Positions 53,068 to 62,662 of a stretch of 64,000 bases of DNA are shown here, in pieces; the stretch's first letter is position 1; each line of letters begins with the position of its first letter. The notes beneath the pieces are model-generated. The model saw only the letters and a program-made list of their open reading frames with translations. It had not been told where the DNA came from and ran no database searches. The DNA lies in assembly GCA_902557965.1 (NCBI GenBank), contig CACECK010000001.1, positions 22,939-86,938 on the forward strand, written 5' to 3'. This DNA comes from an uncultured SAR86 cluster bacterium (GTDB taxonomy: Bacteria; Pseudomonadota; Gammaproteobacteria; Magnimaribacterales; D2472). Made by a program: the position numbers and the translations under genes.

Positions 53068-53286
53068 TTAAGAACCATCCCAAGGAACACTATTCCCTAA
53101 CTCACCAGTATAAAGACCAATAGCTACCAATGTTATCAGTAAAGCGGCGAAGAACACACGAAGACCAAGCAAGTAAACCGTTCTTTTTCTTCCTGTTTCA
53201 CCTTTGTCAACAAGTAAAAAGAATAGGCCGCCTGCAAGAGATAAAAGCAAAAGAGCAAGAACAATATAAATTAGAGTTGTTATCAT
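53068..53286 (-). CDS. twin transmembrane helix small protein (DUF2909-like)
   Basis: 72 aa with 2 TM segments. It sits on the opposite strand between coxIII and SURF1, as in other gammaproteobacterial cox clusters. Confidence 0.7.
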   Translation of the reverse strand: MITTLIYIVLALLLLSLAGGLFFLLVDKGETGRKRTVYLLGLRVFFAALLITLVAIGLYTGELGNSVPWDGS

Positions 53287-53320
53287 AATAAAATTTTAAT
53301 GCATATATACCTTAATAGAT

Positions 53321-54022
53321 ATGAAAAAGAATAGTTTTAAACCTGGAGTAAAGATAACAATTTTCTTTATTTTTTTTGCTGTTCTTTTTTTTTCATTAGG
53401 GGTGTGGCAGATTGAAAGAGGGCAAGCAAAAACAAAAATTCTAAATCAATTTAATAGCAATCTTAAAAAGTCTCCATCTTATATAGATAATAAATCTCAA
53501 AAATGGGACAGAGTTTATGTAAGTGGAACGTGGATGAGTTCCCAACAAATATTAATTGATAACGTAATACATAGAGGCATAGCTGGATTTAAGGTTATAA
53601 CCCCCTTGAAGATTGAGGGCTTAAATAAAATAATTTTAATCGATAGAGGCTGGATAAAGCAAAATGAATACAGAGATGATATTCCCGAAATAAATATAGT
53701 AGAACAAAACGAAACTGTAAGTGGCATTCTTGAATTACCTGAGCTAGGCCTTGTACTTTCTGATAATCTTGTGACAGATGAATGGCCAAAAATCTCTCAA
53801 ACAAAAAATTTTGACACCATTTCTAAGGAGTACGATTTAGAGCTTTATCCAATGATACTTTTAGCTGATCCAGTTCATAAAAATAGCCTAGAGTATATTA
53901 AAATCACACCTACTAACATGACTCCGATTAAGCACTATGGATATTCATCTCAATGGTTTTTAATGTTCATAGTTTTATGTTTAATGTATATTTGGTACGG
54001 GTTTAAAAGAAATGAAAAATAA
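53321..54022 (+). CDS. SURF1 family cytochrome oxidase biogenesis protein
   Basis: 233 aa. LGVWQIERGQAK and DRGWI motifs, with TM segments at both ends. Confidence 0.88.
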   Translation: MKKNSFKPGVKITIFFIFFAVLFFSLGVWQIERGQAKTKILNQFNSNLKKSPSYIDNKSQKWDRVYVSGTWMSSQQILIDNVIHRGIAGFKVITPLKIEGLNKIILIDRGWIKQNEYRDDIPEINIVEQNETVSGILELPELGLVLSDNLVTDEWPKISQTKNFDTISKEYDLELYPMILLADPVHKNSLEYIKITPTNMTPIKHYGYSSQWFLMFIVLCLMYIWYGFKRNEK

Positions 54023-54563
54023 GACATTCCTCGCAATTATTTTATTAACACCTATTTTAGTTGTTGTAATCTCTTCAATATATTTTTCAATGGGAATGTC
54101 ACCGGATGGGACAAGGAACAATGGAATATTTTTTAAGAGCTATTTTGATTTCAACCAATTTAAAAATAAAGATGGCGACCAAGATTTAATTAAATTTGAA
54201 GATGGAAAATGGATACTTTCAGTGTATGTTACAGACATAGATAAAAGTGAAGAATCTATTTATTTGATGAGACAACTTAACGTGGCTCTAAACAGAGATA
54301 TAAATAAATTAAAAAGAGTAATTTTTTATTCGAATAAACTTTTAGAACCTCAGGTATCAGATATTAAAAATAAATATCCAAGAGTTAAAATTATCGAAGA
54401 TCAAAACGGTGTTTTATTAAATGTGTTGCAAAAGAACTCTAAGATTAATTTTAATATTGAAAACCCAATTTTTATTATTGATCCTTATGGAAGAGCGGTT
54501 ATGTATTTTGAACCAGGTTCTGATCCTAAGCTGATGTTAAAAGATTTAAAGGTGCTAATTTAA
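54012..54563 (+). CDS. membrane-anchored hypothetical protein of the cox cluster
   Basis: 183 aa with an N-terminal TM. Conserved position between SURF1 and ctaA. No family recognised. Confidence 0.6.
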   Translation: MKNKTFLAIILLTPILVVVISSIYFSMGMSPDGTRNNGIFFKSYFDFNQFKNKDGDQDLIKFEDGKWILSVYVTDIDKSEESIYLMRQLNVALNRDINKLKRVIFYSNKLLEPQVSDIKNKYPRVKIIEDQNGVLLNVLQKNSKINFNIENPIFIIDPYGRAVMYFEPGSDPKLMLKDLKVLI

Positions 54564-55546
54564 TGAATAGTATTAAACATTTATCGTTTGCAGGGATATG
54601 CATGGCATTTATTGTAATTGCACTTGGAGCATGGACTAGATTGGTTGATGCTGGACTTGGATGTCCTGATTGGCCTGGTTGTTATGGATTTATAGTTTTT
54701 CCAACCAATGAGGCTGAAATAGCAATTGCTGAGAGTAGATTTCCTATGTTTCCATATGACATTAACAAAGCTATACCTGAAGTAGTCCATAGATATTTTG
54801 CAGCAGCGCTAGGAGTATTCGCTATCTTCTTGGTATATCTATCTTTCAAAAAAACAAAGGACAGAGGAATTAGAGGATGGTCTTCTTTCCTATTGTTTTT
54901 TATATGCTGCCAAGGATTATTTGGTTATTTGACCGTTAGCCTTAAATTATTACCGATAATAGTAACAGCACATTTGTTTGGAGGCTTTACTACATTAACC
55001 TTATTTTATTTCATTTACTTAAAATCAACAGACTTCCAAGTATTTAATCAAATAAATATATCAAACTTAAGACTTATAGCTGGAGTTGCATTTGTTGCTC
55101 TAATTTTTCAGATATTTTTGGGTGTCTGGACTAGCACAAATTATGCCTCTTTAGCATGCGCAGATTTTCCAACTTGCCAAGGATCATATCTCCCAGATAT
55201 GGATTTCAAAAGTGGCTTTAACCTAAATCAAGAAGTTGGACCTAATTATTTATATGGGCTATTAGACAACCCAGCTAGAGTTGCTATACATTACTCTCAC
55301 AGAGTTTCTGCGTTGCTAGTAACCCTTATTTTCCTGATGCTAATGTCAAGATTATGGTTTTCGGATGCAGCTCCGTTAGCTTCTACGCTAGGTATACTTT
55401 TATTAACACAAATCACCCTTGGAATAATTAACGTTGTATATGTACTTCCACTTTATGTAGCCATTGCTCATAATTTAGTCGCTGCTTGTCTTCTATTAGC
55501 CACGTTTACTGTTAATTTTCTTGCTTGGAAGAATGACACTACTTAA
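54563..55546 (+). CDS. ctaA: heme A synthase (COX15/CtaA)
   Basis: 327 aa, 8 TM segments. GLGCPDWPGCYG and HR..A motifs. Confidence 0.9.
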   Translation: MNSIKHLSFAGICMAFIVIALGAWTRLVDAGLGCPDWPGCYGFIVFPTNEAEIAIAESRFPMFPYDINKAIPEVVHRYFAAALGVFAIFLVYLSFKKTKDRGIRGWSSFLLFFICCQGLFGYLTVSLKLLPIIVTAHLFGGFTTLTLFYFIYLKSTDFQVFNQINISNLRLIAGVAFVALIFQIFLGVWTSTNYASLACADFPTCQGSYLPDMDFKSGFNLNQEVGPNYLYGLLDNPARVAIHYSHRVSALLVTLIFLMLMSRLWFSDAAPLASTLGILLLTQITLGIINVVYVLPLYVAIAHNLVAACLLLATFTVNFLAWKNDTT

Positions 55547-56402
55547 AAGCTATTATCAACTTTGTAAACCTAATGTGGTTTACATGATGTTGATTTGTGC
55601 TTTTGTCGGAATGTTATTAGCAGAGCCTTATGTAAGTTCATATATATATTTATTTACTGCACTACTTGGCATTGCTCTATGCGCTGCTTCGGCAGCAGCC
55701 ATAAATCAAGTTTTTGACAGAGAAACAGATGCGGCAATGACTAGAACTGATCAAAGACCGCTTCCTCAAGGAGAGCTTTCTGCGACTCACGCTTCGATAT
55801 TTGCCCTAGTGATAGGCATTTTAGGCGCGATTATTCTATATTTTTTTGTTAATACATTAACAATGATGCTTACAATAATATCGCTTATAGGATATGCATT
55901 TATTTACACGGTATATCTCAAAAGAGCTACTCCACAAAATATAGTTATAGGAGGTCTTGCAGGCGCAGCTCCTCCGCTGCTTGGCTGGTCGTCAATCACT
56001 AACACCATTGATCCACATGCTCTACTACTTGTGTTAATAATATTTGTTTGGACACCTCCTCATTTCTGGGCATTAGCTATATACAGAAAAGATGAATACG
56101 CAAAAGAGTCTATCCCAATGTTGCCAGTTACCCATGGAGTTGAGTTTACTAAACTACAAATTGTCTTATATACAATTATTTTATTTATTGTGAGCATTCT
56201 TCCATATGTTGTTCTTATGTCTGGAATGATTTATTTGATATCAGCGCTAATACTAAGCAGTGTGTTCTTGTATTATTCTATAAAACTTTTTTTTACTAAA
56301 GAGAACGACATAGCAATGAAGACATTCCAGTTCTCTATTTACTATATATTTCTTATTTTCATAGCTCTGTTGGTAGACCACTTTTTAATTACTTCTGTAT
56401 GA
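55533..56402 (+). CDS. cyoE: protoheme IX farnesyltransferase (heme O synthase)
   Basis: UbiA-type motifs (NQVFDRETDAAMTRT). I prefer the ATG at 55533 (MTLLKSYYQLCKP). The track TTG at 55521 is also possible. Confidence 0.93.
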   Translation: MTLLKSYYQLCKPNVVYMMLICAFVGMLLAEPYVSSYIYLFTALLGIALCAASAAAINQVFDRETDAAMTRTDQRPLPQGELSATHASIFALVIGILGAIILYFFVNTLTMMLTIISLIGYAFIYTVYLKRATPQNIVIGGLAGAAPPLLGWSSITNTIDPHALLLVLIIFVWTPPHFWALAIYRKDEYAKESIPMLPVTHGVEFTKLQIVLYTIILFIVSILPYVVLMSGMIYLISALILSSVFLYYSIKLFFTKENDIAMKTFQFSIYYIFLIFIALLVDHFLITSV

Positions 56403-57031
56403 CAATCAGGAAAAACATATTAATTATTTTTGTCTTTATAGGTACTTTATTAGCTTTATTCATTAATAAACTAACCACACCAAGGACGCTAAGCACAAAT
56501 GAGCTTCTAATAAATGGATTATTTTTATTTGAACAACCAAAAACAATATCTGACTTTGTATTTTATTCTGAAAATAATAGGGAATTTACAAAATCAGATC
56601 TACTGGGAAAATGGACACTAATGTATTTTGGCTTTACCAGATGTCCTGACGAATGCCCAACAACTATGTATCAGATTTCAAAACTAATTAAAGTCCTAGA
56701 TGAAAAAGATTTTCCTCTTGACAATAAGCAATGGGTTTTAATTTCTATTGATCCAGAGAGGGATTCGACAGCTGATATAAGCAAATATGCAAAAGGGTTT
56801 AATGATAGATTTATTGGTGCAGTTAACAGTAGGGCAATGTTAATAAATGTTGCAACCCAACTTTCTGTAAATAATGTTATGCCTAATAAAGATGATGCAG
56901 ATCACTCCCACCTAGATAATCATGTAAACAATATTATTCTAATGGATCCAAATGGTGACTTTGCAGGAGTATTTAGACCGCCTTTTGATATAGCGAGACT
57001 TTCTTTAACTTATCAGTCAGTTACTCAGTAA
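56399..57031 (+). CDS. SCO1/SenC family copper chaperone
   Basis: 210 aa. N-terminal TM, FGFTRCPDECP CxxxC motif and a downstream His. Confidence 0.9.
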   Translation: MTIRKNILIIFVFIGTLLALFINKLTTPRTLSTNELLINGLFLFEQPKTISDFVFYSENNREFTKSDLLGKWTLMYFGFTRCPDECPTTMYQISKLIKVLDEKDFPLDNKQWVLISIDPERDSTADISKYAKGFNDRFIGAVNSRAMLINVATQLSVNNVMPNKDDADHSHLDNHVNNIILMDPNGDFAGVFRPPFDIARLSLTYQSVTQ

Positions 57032-57040
57032 GAAATTTAT

Positions 57041-57832
57041 TTAGAGTTTCTTAAATAAAAGAGTCATTCTGTCACTTTCACCGATATTTAAATATTTCTC
57101 TTTATCCTGCTCTTTAAGACGAAGAACTGGAGGCAATGTCCAAACTCCTCTTGGATAGTTTTTAGTATCCTTAGGATTTGCATTGATTTCAGATTTTGAA
57201 ACTAGTGTAAATCCATGTTTTTTTGCAGTTTCTATCGCATATGCTTCTGTTACGTAACCTGTTTTCTTCATTTCTTCAAGACTGGTTCCCGGATCAGCTC
57301 TATGCTCAACCACTCCCAATACACCTCCTTTTTTTAAAGCTTTGTGCGCGTTGGAAAAGATTATATCTATTTGAGGCCCAATCCAATTATGTAAGTTTCT
57401 AAAAGTTAATACAGCATCTAAGGTTTCCTTATCAGCTAGTTTCGAACTTAGGTCAACTATTGAGACATTTTTATACATAGGATTTTCATTAATCTTCTTT
57501 TCAAAATTATTTCGCATCCGAATATAAAAATCTCTATCAGAATTTTTATCAAAATGCGCTGCGGTTAGTATTCCAGGGCTATGAATATAATTAGCAAGGA
57601 TTTCTGTATACCATCCACTACCTGGTGACAGCTCTACAACTTTCATGTCTTGTTTAATCTCAAAAAAACTTAATGTTTTGTATGGGTTTCTATATTGATC
57701 TCTTGCAACATTTTTTGGGCTTCGATCTTGACTGTTAATCGCATCTTCAAGCGAATGCGCTGATGTAAAGGGAGTCATAAAAAATATTATGTTTAGAAAC
57801 GATAAATACGTGTAAGTTCTATAATTTTTCAC
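57041..57832 (-). CDS. class I SAM-dependent methyltransferase with signal-like N-terminus
   Basis: 263 aa. VVELSPGSGWYTEILA (motif I-like) and LKKGGVLGVVEH. Confidence 0.65.
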   Translation of the reverse strand: MKNYRTYTYLSFLNIIFFMTPFTSAHSLEDAINSQDRSPKNVARDQYRNPYKTLSFFEIKQDMKVVELSPGSGWYTEILANYIHSPGILTAAHFDKNSDRDFYIRMRNNFEKKINENPMYKNVSIVDLSSKLADKETLDAVLTFRNLHNWIGPQIDIIFSNAHKALKKGGVLGVVEHRADPGTSLEEMKKTGYVTEAYAIETAKKHGFTLVSKSEINANPKDTKNYPRGVWTLPPVLRLKEQDKEKYLNIGESDRMTLLFKKL

Positions 57833-57844
57833 AATGTTCTCATA

Positions 57845-58843
57845 TCACATTGTAATGATTACTTTACCTTTTGCCTTTCTATCTTTTAAATGCGCAATTG
57901 CACTTGATCCATTTTCAAGTGTAAAAGAATCTGAAACTTCTGGATTTATTTTTCCTTCGGTATGAAGATTAAATAGTTCTTGAAAATTACTCTTATTTTC
58001 TTTGGGATTCATACCTACCCACGCACCCCAAAAAACGCCTACAATTTTCATCCCTTTTAATAATGCTAAATTAATTGGAATTTTTGGAATTTCACCTGCG
58101 GCAAAACCTATCACTAAGTATCTTCCATCCCACGCAGTTGCTCTGATGCACGGCTCTGAATAACAGTCGCCTATTGGATCATAAACAACGTTTGCTCCGA
58201 CACCGCCGGTCAATTCTTTTATCTTAGAAGATAATTCTTTTTGTTGATCTCTATCAAGTTTTCCAGTTGGATAAATAAAGACTTCGTTAGCACCATGTTT
58301 CTTGCATAGATCAACTTTCTCTTGAGTTGACGCTGCTGCTATTACTTTTGCACCCATTGCTTTTCCAAGCTCAACTGTTGCCAAGCCCACGCCACCTGCT
58401 GCTCCAAGAACTAACAAAGTTTCACCTTCTTTTAATTCAGCTCTTTGTTTAAGTGCATACAAGGATGTGCCATATGTCATTGGAAGTGCTGCGGCTGTTT
58501 CAAAATTCATTGTATCGGGTATTTTCATTACAGAGTTTTCATGTGCAACAGTTTTTTCAGCAAATGCTCCTAGACCTGTCATTGCAAAAACCCTATCACC
58601 AATTTCAAAGCTTTCTACGCCTTCTCCTATTTCTATAATAGTTCCTGCAGACTCCCCACCAGGAGAGAAGGGAAGTTCAGGTTGGAATTGATATAGACCT
58701 TGAATCATAAGAACATCTGGAAAATTTACACTTGCGGCTTTATTTTCAATCAACACATGTCCGGGGAGTACCTCAGGATCTGGCACATCATTTACCTGAA
58801 GTTTATCTGGCATTCCTAATTCTACACACTGTAACGCTTTCAT
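57845..58843 (-). CDS. NADPH:quinone oxidoreductase / MDR family zinc-type alcohol dehydrogenase-like protein
   Basis: 332 aa. GAAGGVG nucleotide-binding motif and GroES-like N-terminus. Confidence 0.85.
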   Translation of the reverse strand: MKALQCVELGMPDKLQVNDVPDPEVLPGHVLIENKAASVNFPDVLMIQGLYQFQPELPFSPGGESAGTIIEIGEGVESFEIGDRVFAMTGLGAFAEKTVAHENSVMKIPDTMNFETAAALPMTYGTSLYALKQRAELKEGETLLVLGAAGGVGLATVELGKAMGAKVIAAASTQEKVDLCKKHGANEVFIYPTGKLDRDQQKELSSKIKELTGGVGANVVYDPIGDCYSEPCIRATAWDGRYLVIGFAAGEIPKIPINLALLKGMKIVGVFWGAWVGMNPKENKSNFQELFNLHTEGKINPEVSDSFTLENGSSAIAHLKDRKAKGKVIITM

Positions 58844-58852
58844 AATTTCTCC

Positions 58853-60355
58853 TTAAAGGCAGTCATTGTAATTTTTAACATATTCGTTCATTTCATTATC
58901 TGTGTTTATTGGCATGTTTTCTAGCTTGTGTAATGATAACTCTGCTTCATTTTTTATAGTATCAAAATTAATATTTTTGCCATTTCTGAGCTTAGCCATC
59001 ATCTCATTAGCTTTGATAATTCCGTGTTCTTGATAAGAAAGAGACGGAATAGACCCCTTTTCATAATTACTTACATAATTAATAGCTTGTATCAGCTCCT
59101 CACTATTTTTCATGCATTGAGCTAGAATTTTCAAATCATCAAAAACCTTTATTCTTTCTTCATGTAAATTTACGTTTGATCCTTTTATAGATATCTCTGT
59201 TTCTTTATCTCTTCCACGATACACAGCTGCAATATCATTTTTATCTATTTCTAGTTTTTCCTCATTTGATATTTTTGAGCTTGGAGAAACTAAACAATAA
59301 AGAAGAAATAAATCTAAAAATCTTACATGATGTTTTGAAATACCTAAAGGCTCATTTGGATCAATATCAACTCCTCTAATCTCAAGGTATTCAATTCCAT
59401 GCTTTTTAAGTTGATCATAAGGTCTTAGCTCGTTCTCAGAGGCTCTTTTTGGCCTTATAGAGTCGTAGTACTCATTTTCTATCTGGATTATTCCATCAGA
59501 GATTTGATGATAGTCTCCATCAGCATCTAATAATCCTTTATCTTGAAAGTTTTTGTACGGAACTTTTATAGCTGTTTTTATTTTTTCTAAAAACTCTTGA
59601 AGAGAATTATATTTAACGTTCAGGTTTTTTTGCGCATCACTAACATAACCAATATCACTCATTCTTAGCGATGTCGCATATTCTAAAAACATGTCACTTT
59701 CACTTAATTCATAAAGTTGATGCTTTCTGTTCTTAACAAATGATTTGTCTACAATGTTAGTTTGCCCAAACTCACTTAAGATGAACCAAAACAGTCTCTT
59801 AAAGTTTCTAATAAGACCTAAATAAGCTTCATCAAAACTTTCTTGTGAGGATTGTTGAGTTAATTTTGAGATAGAGGCAGTATCTAATGAAAAATTATAG
59901 TGCATACCAGAAACACATTGCATTGTTGAACCATACCTTACTTTAAGCCCTCTTCTATAGACATGCTTAAGAAGTCCGATATTGCTTTGATGATAGTAGC
60001 CCAGATTTATATCAGATTCATTTTCTATATATGGAGGCATAGAAAAAGGCCATAGCATTTCATCCTCATCAATATTACTTGCTACAAACTCATGTAGCCC
60101 AGAAAGGAAATCAAACAAGTCATCAATTTTATTATAAACAGGCGTTACTAGTTCTAATTGTGCCTCTGCAAAATCAGTTGTTATAAATCTATTTGTCAGA
60201 GCCGAGCCAAGTGACTTTGGATGAGGTTTCTGAGAAATTTGAGCATCTTGATTTACTCTAAAAAATTCTTTTTCAATACCCCTGCTAATAACCAGTTCGT
60301 CAAAAAATTTTTTGTCTTGTAAATCCTTTAACCTATTTTTTAGGTCATTATCCAT
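58853..60355 (-). CDS. gshA: glutamate--cysteine ligase (proteobacterial type)
   Basis: 500 aa. [10 protein letters not shown] and the [12 protein letters not shown] motif. Confidence 0.92.
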   Translation of the reverse strand: MDNDLKNRLKDLQDKKFFDELVISRGIEKEFFRVNQDAQISQKPHPKSLGSALTNRFITTDFAEAQLELVTPVYNKIDDLFDFLSGLHEFVASNIDEDEMLWPFSMPPYIENESDINLGYYHQSNIGLLKHVYRRGLKVRYGSTMQCVSGMHYNFSLDTASISKLTQQSSQESFDEAYLGLIRNFKRLFWFILSEFGQTNIVDKSFVKNRKHQLYELSESDMFLEYATSLRMSDIGYVSDAQKNLNVKYNSLQEFLEKIKTAIKVPYKNFQDKGLLDADGDYHQISDGIIQIENEYYDSIRPKRASENELRPYDQLKKHGIEYLEIRGVDIDPNEPLGISKHHVRFLDLFLLYCLVSPSSKISNEEKLEIDKNDIAAVYRGRDKETEISIKGSNVNLHEERIKVFDDLKILAQCMKNSEELIQAINYVSNYEKGSIPSLSYQEHGIIKANEMMAKLRNGKNINFDTIKNEAELSLHKLENMPINTDNEMNEYVKNYNDCL

Positions 60356-61895
60356 CGAATCCGGGGCCAGCAGACACTATTTCAGGACTCACATCAAACT
60401 TATTAAAATTTTGTTGGAACTTAGCAATTAGATCGTTAAGATACTTATGATATTCATCTTTATTTTCCCAAGTATCGATTGGATTAAGGAGGCTCGAATC
60501 AACTCCTTCTATTTTTAAGGGTACTTCAAGATTCAAACCAGGTATCTTTATAGTCTCTACATTATCTAAGTCACCGTCTTGAATGGCATTAACTATTCTT
60601 CTCGTAGTCGGAATTTCGAATCTAGAACCAACTCCATATGGGCCGCCAGTCCATCCAGTATTTACTAAAAATACTTTAGAGCCAAAGTTATTAACTCTTT
60701 TCATTAGTAAGTCTGCATAAACATTTGCTGGTCTTGGAAAGAAGGGCGCACCAAAACACGTTGAAAAAGTCGATGCTATATCAGATTCAGAGCCCATTTC
60801 AGTTGAACCTACTTTAGCGGTGTATCCGCTTAGAAAATGGTATGCAGCTGACTCTTTAGATAGTATCGATACCGGAGGTATGACACCAGTCAGGTCACAT
60901 GTTAAAAATATAACAGTTTTAGGTTCGCCTGCTGAGTTGCTTGCTACTGCATTTTCTATGTGAGACCTTGGATAACAACATCTACCATTCTCAGACAATG
61001 AAGTATTCGAATAATCAGGCTCATTATTTTCTAGAAACACATTCTCAATAACACTTCCATGTTTTATTGCCTTAAAAATTACTGGCTCATTTTCTTCAGT
61101 CAGATCTATTGTTTTAGCGTAACAACCACCCTCAAAATTAAATACAGAACCAGGACTCCAGCCATGTTCATCATCACCAATTAGAGAGCACTTAGGATCA
61201 GCAGATAGAGTTGTTTTACCAGTGCCAGATAAGCCAAAAAATAGTGCAACGTCACCATTTTTATTCACGTTAGCAGAACAATGCATGGGCAGAACATCTT
61301 TTTCAGGCAGCAAAAAGTTTTGAACAGAAAACATAGACTTTTTCATCTCGCCAGCATATTTCATGCCAGCGATAATGACCTTCTTTTTAGCAAAATTAAT
61401 AATTACACAGCTTTCAGAATTTGTTCCGTCTTCTTCTGGTATACACTTAAAATTTGCAGCAGACATTATTTGCCACTCTTGCTTGTTAAGTGAATTATAA
61501 ATTTCTGGACAAACGAATATTAGTCTTGCAAAAAAAGAGTGCCATGCAGTTTCTGTAGTGATTTTAACTGGTAGATAATGCTCAGCATGGGAACCAACAT
61601 GAACACTTGAAACATATCTATCATTCTCTGAAAGATAACCCTCAACTTTATCCCAAAGCGTATCAAATTTATTTTCTTCAAACGGCTTATTAACTTCGCC
61701 CCAGTCTATTAGCTTAGTTGTTCCAGGCTCATCAACAATAAATCTATCATCAGGACTTCTTCCAGTTCTTTCTCCAGTATTTGTTGCCAATGCCCCATTG
61801 CTGGCAATGATGCCTTCACCATTTTCAACAGCAGCAGTTATCAGTTCTTCGTTACTGAGTTTTAGCTCAGTTGATGTATTGGAAATTGTGTTCAT
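60348..61895 (-). CDS. pckA: phosphoenolpyruvate carboxykinase (ATP)
   Basis: 515 aa. [11 protein letters not shown] kinase-1a motif and RSPDDRFIV. Confidence 0.96.
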   Translation of the reverse strand: MNTISNTSTELKLSNEELITAAVENGEGIIASNGALATNTGERTGRSPDDRFIVDEPGTTKLIDWGEVNKPFEENKFDTLWDKVEGYLSENDRYVSSVHVGSHAEHYLPVKITTETAWHSFFARLIFVCPEIYNSLNKQEWQIMSAANFKCIPEEDGTNSESCVIINFAKKKVIIAGMKYAGEMKKSMFSVQNFLLPEKDVLPMHCSANVNKNGDVALFFGLSGTGKTTLSADPKCSLIGDDEHGWSPGSVFNFEGGCYAKTIDLTEENEPVIFKAIKHGSVIENVFLENNEPDYSNTSLSENGRCCYPRSHIENAVASNSAGEPKTVIFLTCDLTGVIPPVSILSKESAAYHFLSGYTAKVGSTEMGSESDIASTFSTCFGAPFFPRPANVYADLLMKRVNNFGSKVFLVNTGWTGGPYGVGSRFEIPTTRRIVNAIQDGDLDNVETIKIPGLNLEVPLKIEGVDSSLLNPIDTWENKDEYHKYLNDLIAKFQQNFNKFDVSPEIVSAGPGFDG

Positions 61896-61901
61896 TTTTT
61901 A

Positions 61902-61986
61902 CTAACAAATATTATAGGTACTTGGGGGGAATAATTATATATATGTGGAGGAAATAATTATGTACCTATAATACTTACTTTGTTAG
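61902..61986. promoter_or_regulatory. long interrupted inverted repeat directly upstream of pckA
   Basis: Left arm ctaacaaatattataggtac (61902-61921). Right arm gtacctataata-cttac-tttgttag (61962-61986). That gives 12 + 8 bp of perfect pairing with a 5-nt bulge around a 40-nt loop. Each arm contains TATAAT. Confidence 0.5.
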
Positions 61987-62117
61987 TTACAAACTAAATT
62001 GCTATGTAGCATAGTAAAATATAAAGCGGGTTTAAAGTCAATTTAATTAAAGAAAGCTTTAAATTTAGGGTTTATTGACATTATATTGTGTAGTTATACT
62101 ACAAAATAGACTAAAAA

Positions 62118-62609
62118 TTAATGCTTAAATAATTTTCTTAAATTCAGGAAGAAGTAAATAATAAAGAAAATTAAGCCCCATTCGGCAAAATTTAATATGA
62201 AACGCATTCCATCTTCTGCACAGCTTGGACCACCGCCTAGTGTTTTTCGAATACCCTCAATAACTCCAAAATAATCTACCATAGTATGAAAAGGCATCCC
62301 ACATCCACTTAGTTGTGACAACTCATTAACAGATAAATTCTGTATGTATATTTGTTTAGAGGTTACAAAAATGCCAGCAAATGCTGACAGCATGGTAACT
62401 AGATAACTTAAATTGTTTTTAAAAAAATGACCAATAAGAGATGTTAAGAGCACCAACCCAAAAGCATATCTTGTAAGAATACACATAGCACATGCTTGTA
62501 AAAAGAAAATCTGATCTAAAGCATATGCAAAGATTATAATTAAACCTGCAGATATAGCAGAGGCTATTTCAAAATAGTTTTGATAAACTTCTTTAATGAG
62601 TTTTAGCAT
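62118..62609 (-). CDS. dsbB: disulfide bond formation protein B
   Basis: 163 aa, 4 TM segments. CAMC in the first periplasmic loop and a second Cys pair (CG...C) later. Confidence 0.85.
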   Translation of the reverse strand: MLKLIKEVYQNYFEIASAISAGLIIIFAYALDQIFFLQACAMCILTRYAFGLVLLTSLIGHFFKNNLSYLVTMLSAFAGIFVTSKQIYIQNLSVNELSQLSGCGMPFHTMVDYFGVIEGIRKTLGGGPSCAEDGMRFILNFAEWGLIFFIIYFFLNLRKLFKH

Positions 62610-62662
62610 TTTAAATTATTATAAAAACCAAGAACCAATAATATACTAAATTATATTTAACT

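Noticed and set aside
48844-57031. Considered whether the cytochrome oxidase cluster contains anything novel, such as the 183-aa ORF at 54012-54563 or the opposite-strand 72-aa gene.
   Set aside because: From memory, the gene order matches the conserved gammaproteobacterial coxB-coxA-cox11-coxC-DUF2909-SURF1-hypothetical-ctaA-ctaB-senC arrangement. The two small genes are the usual conserved members.
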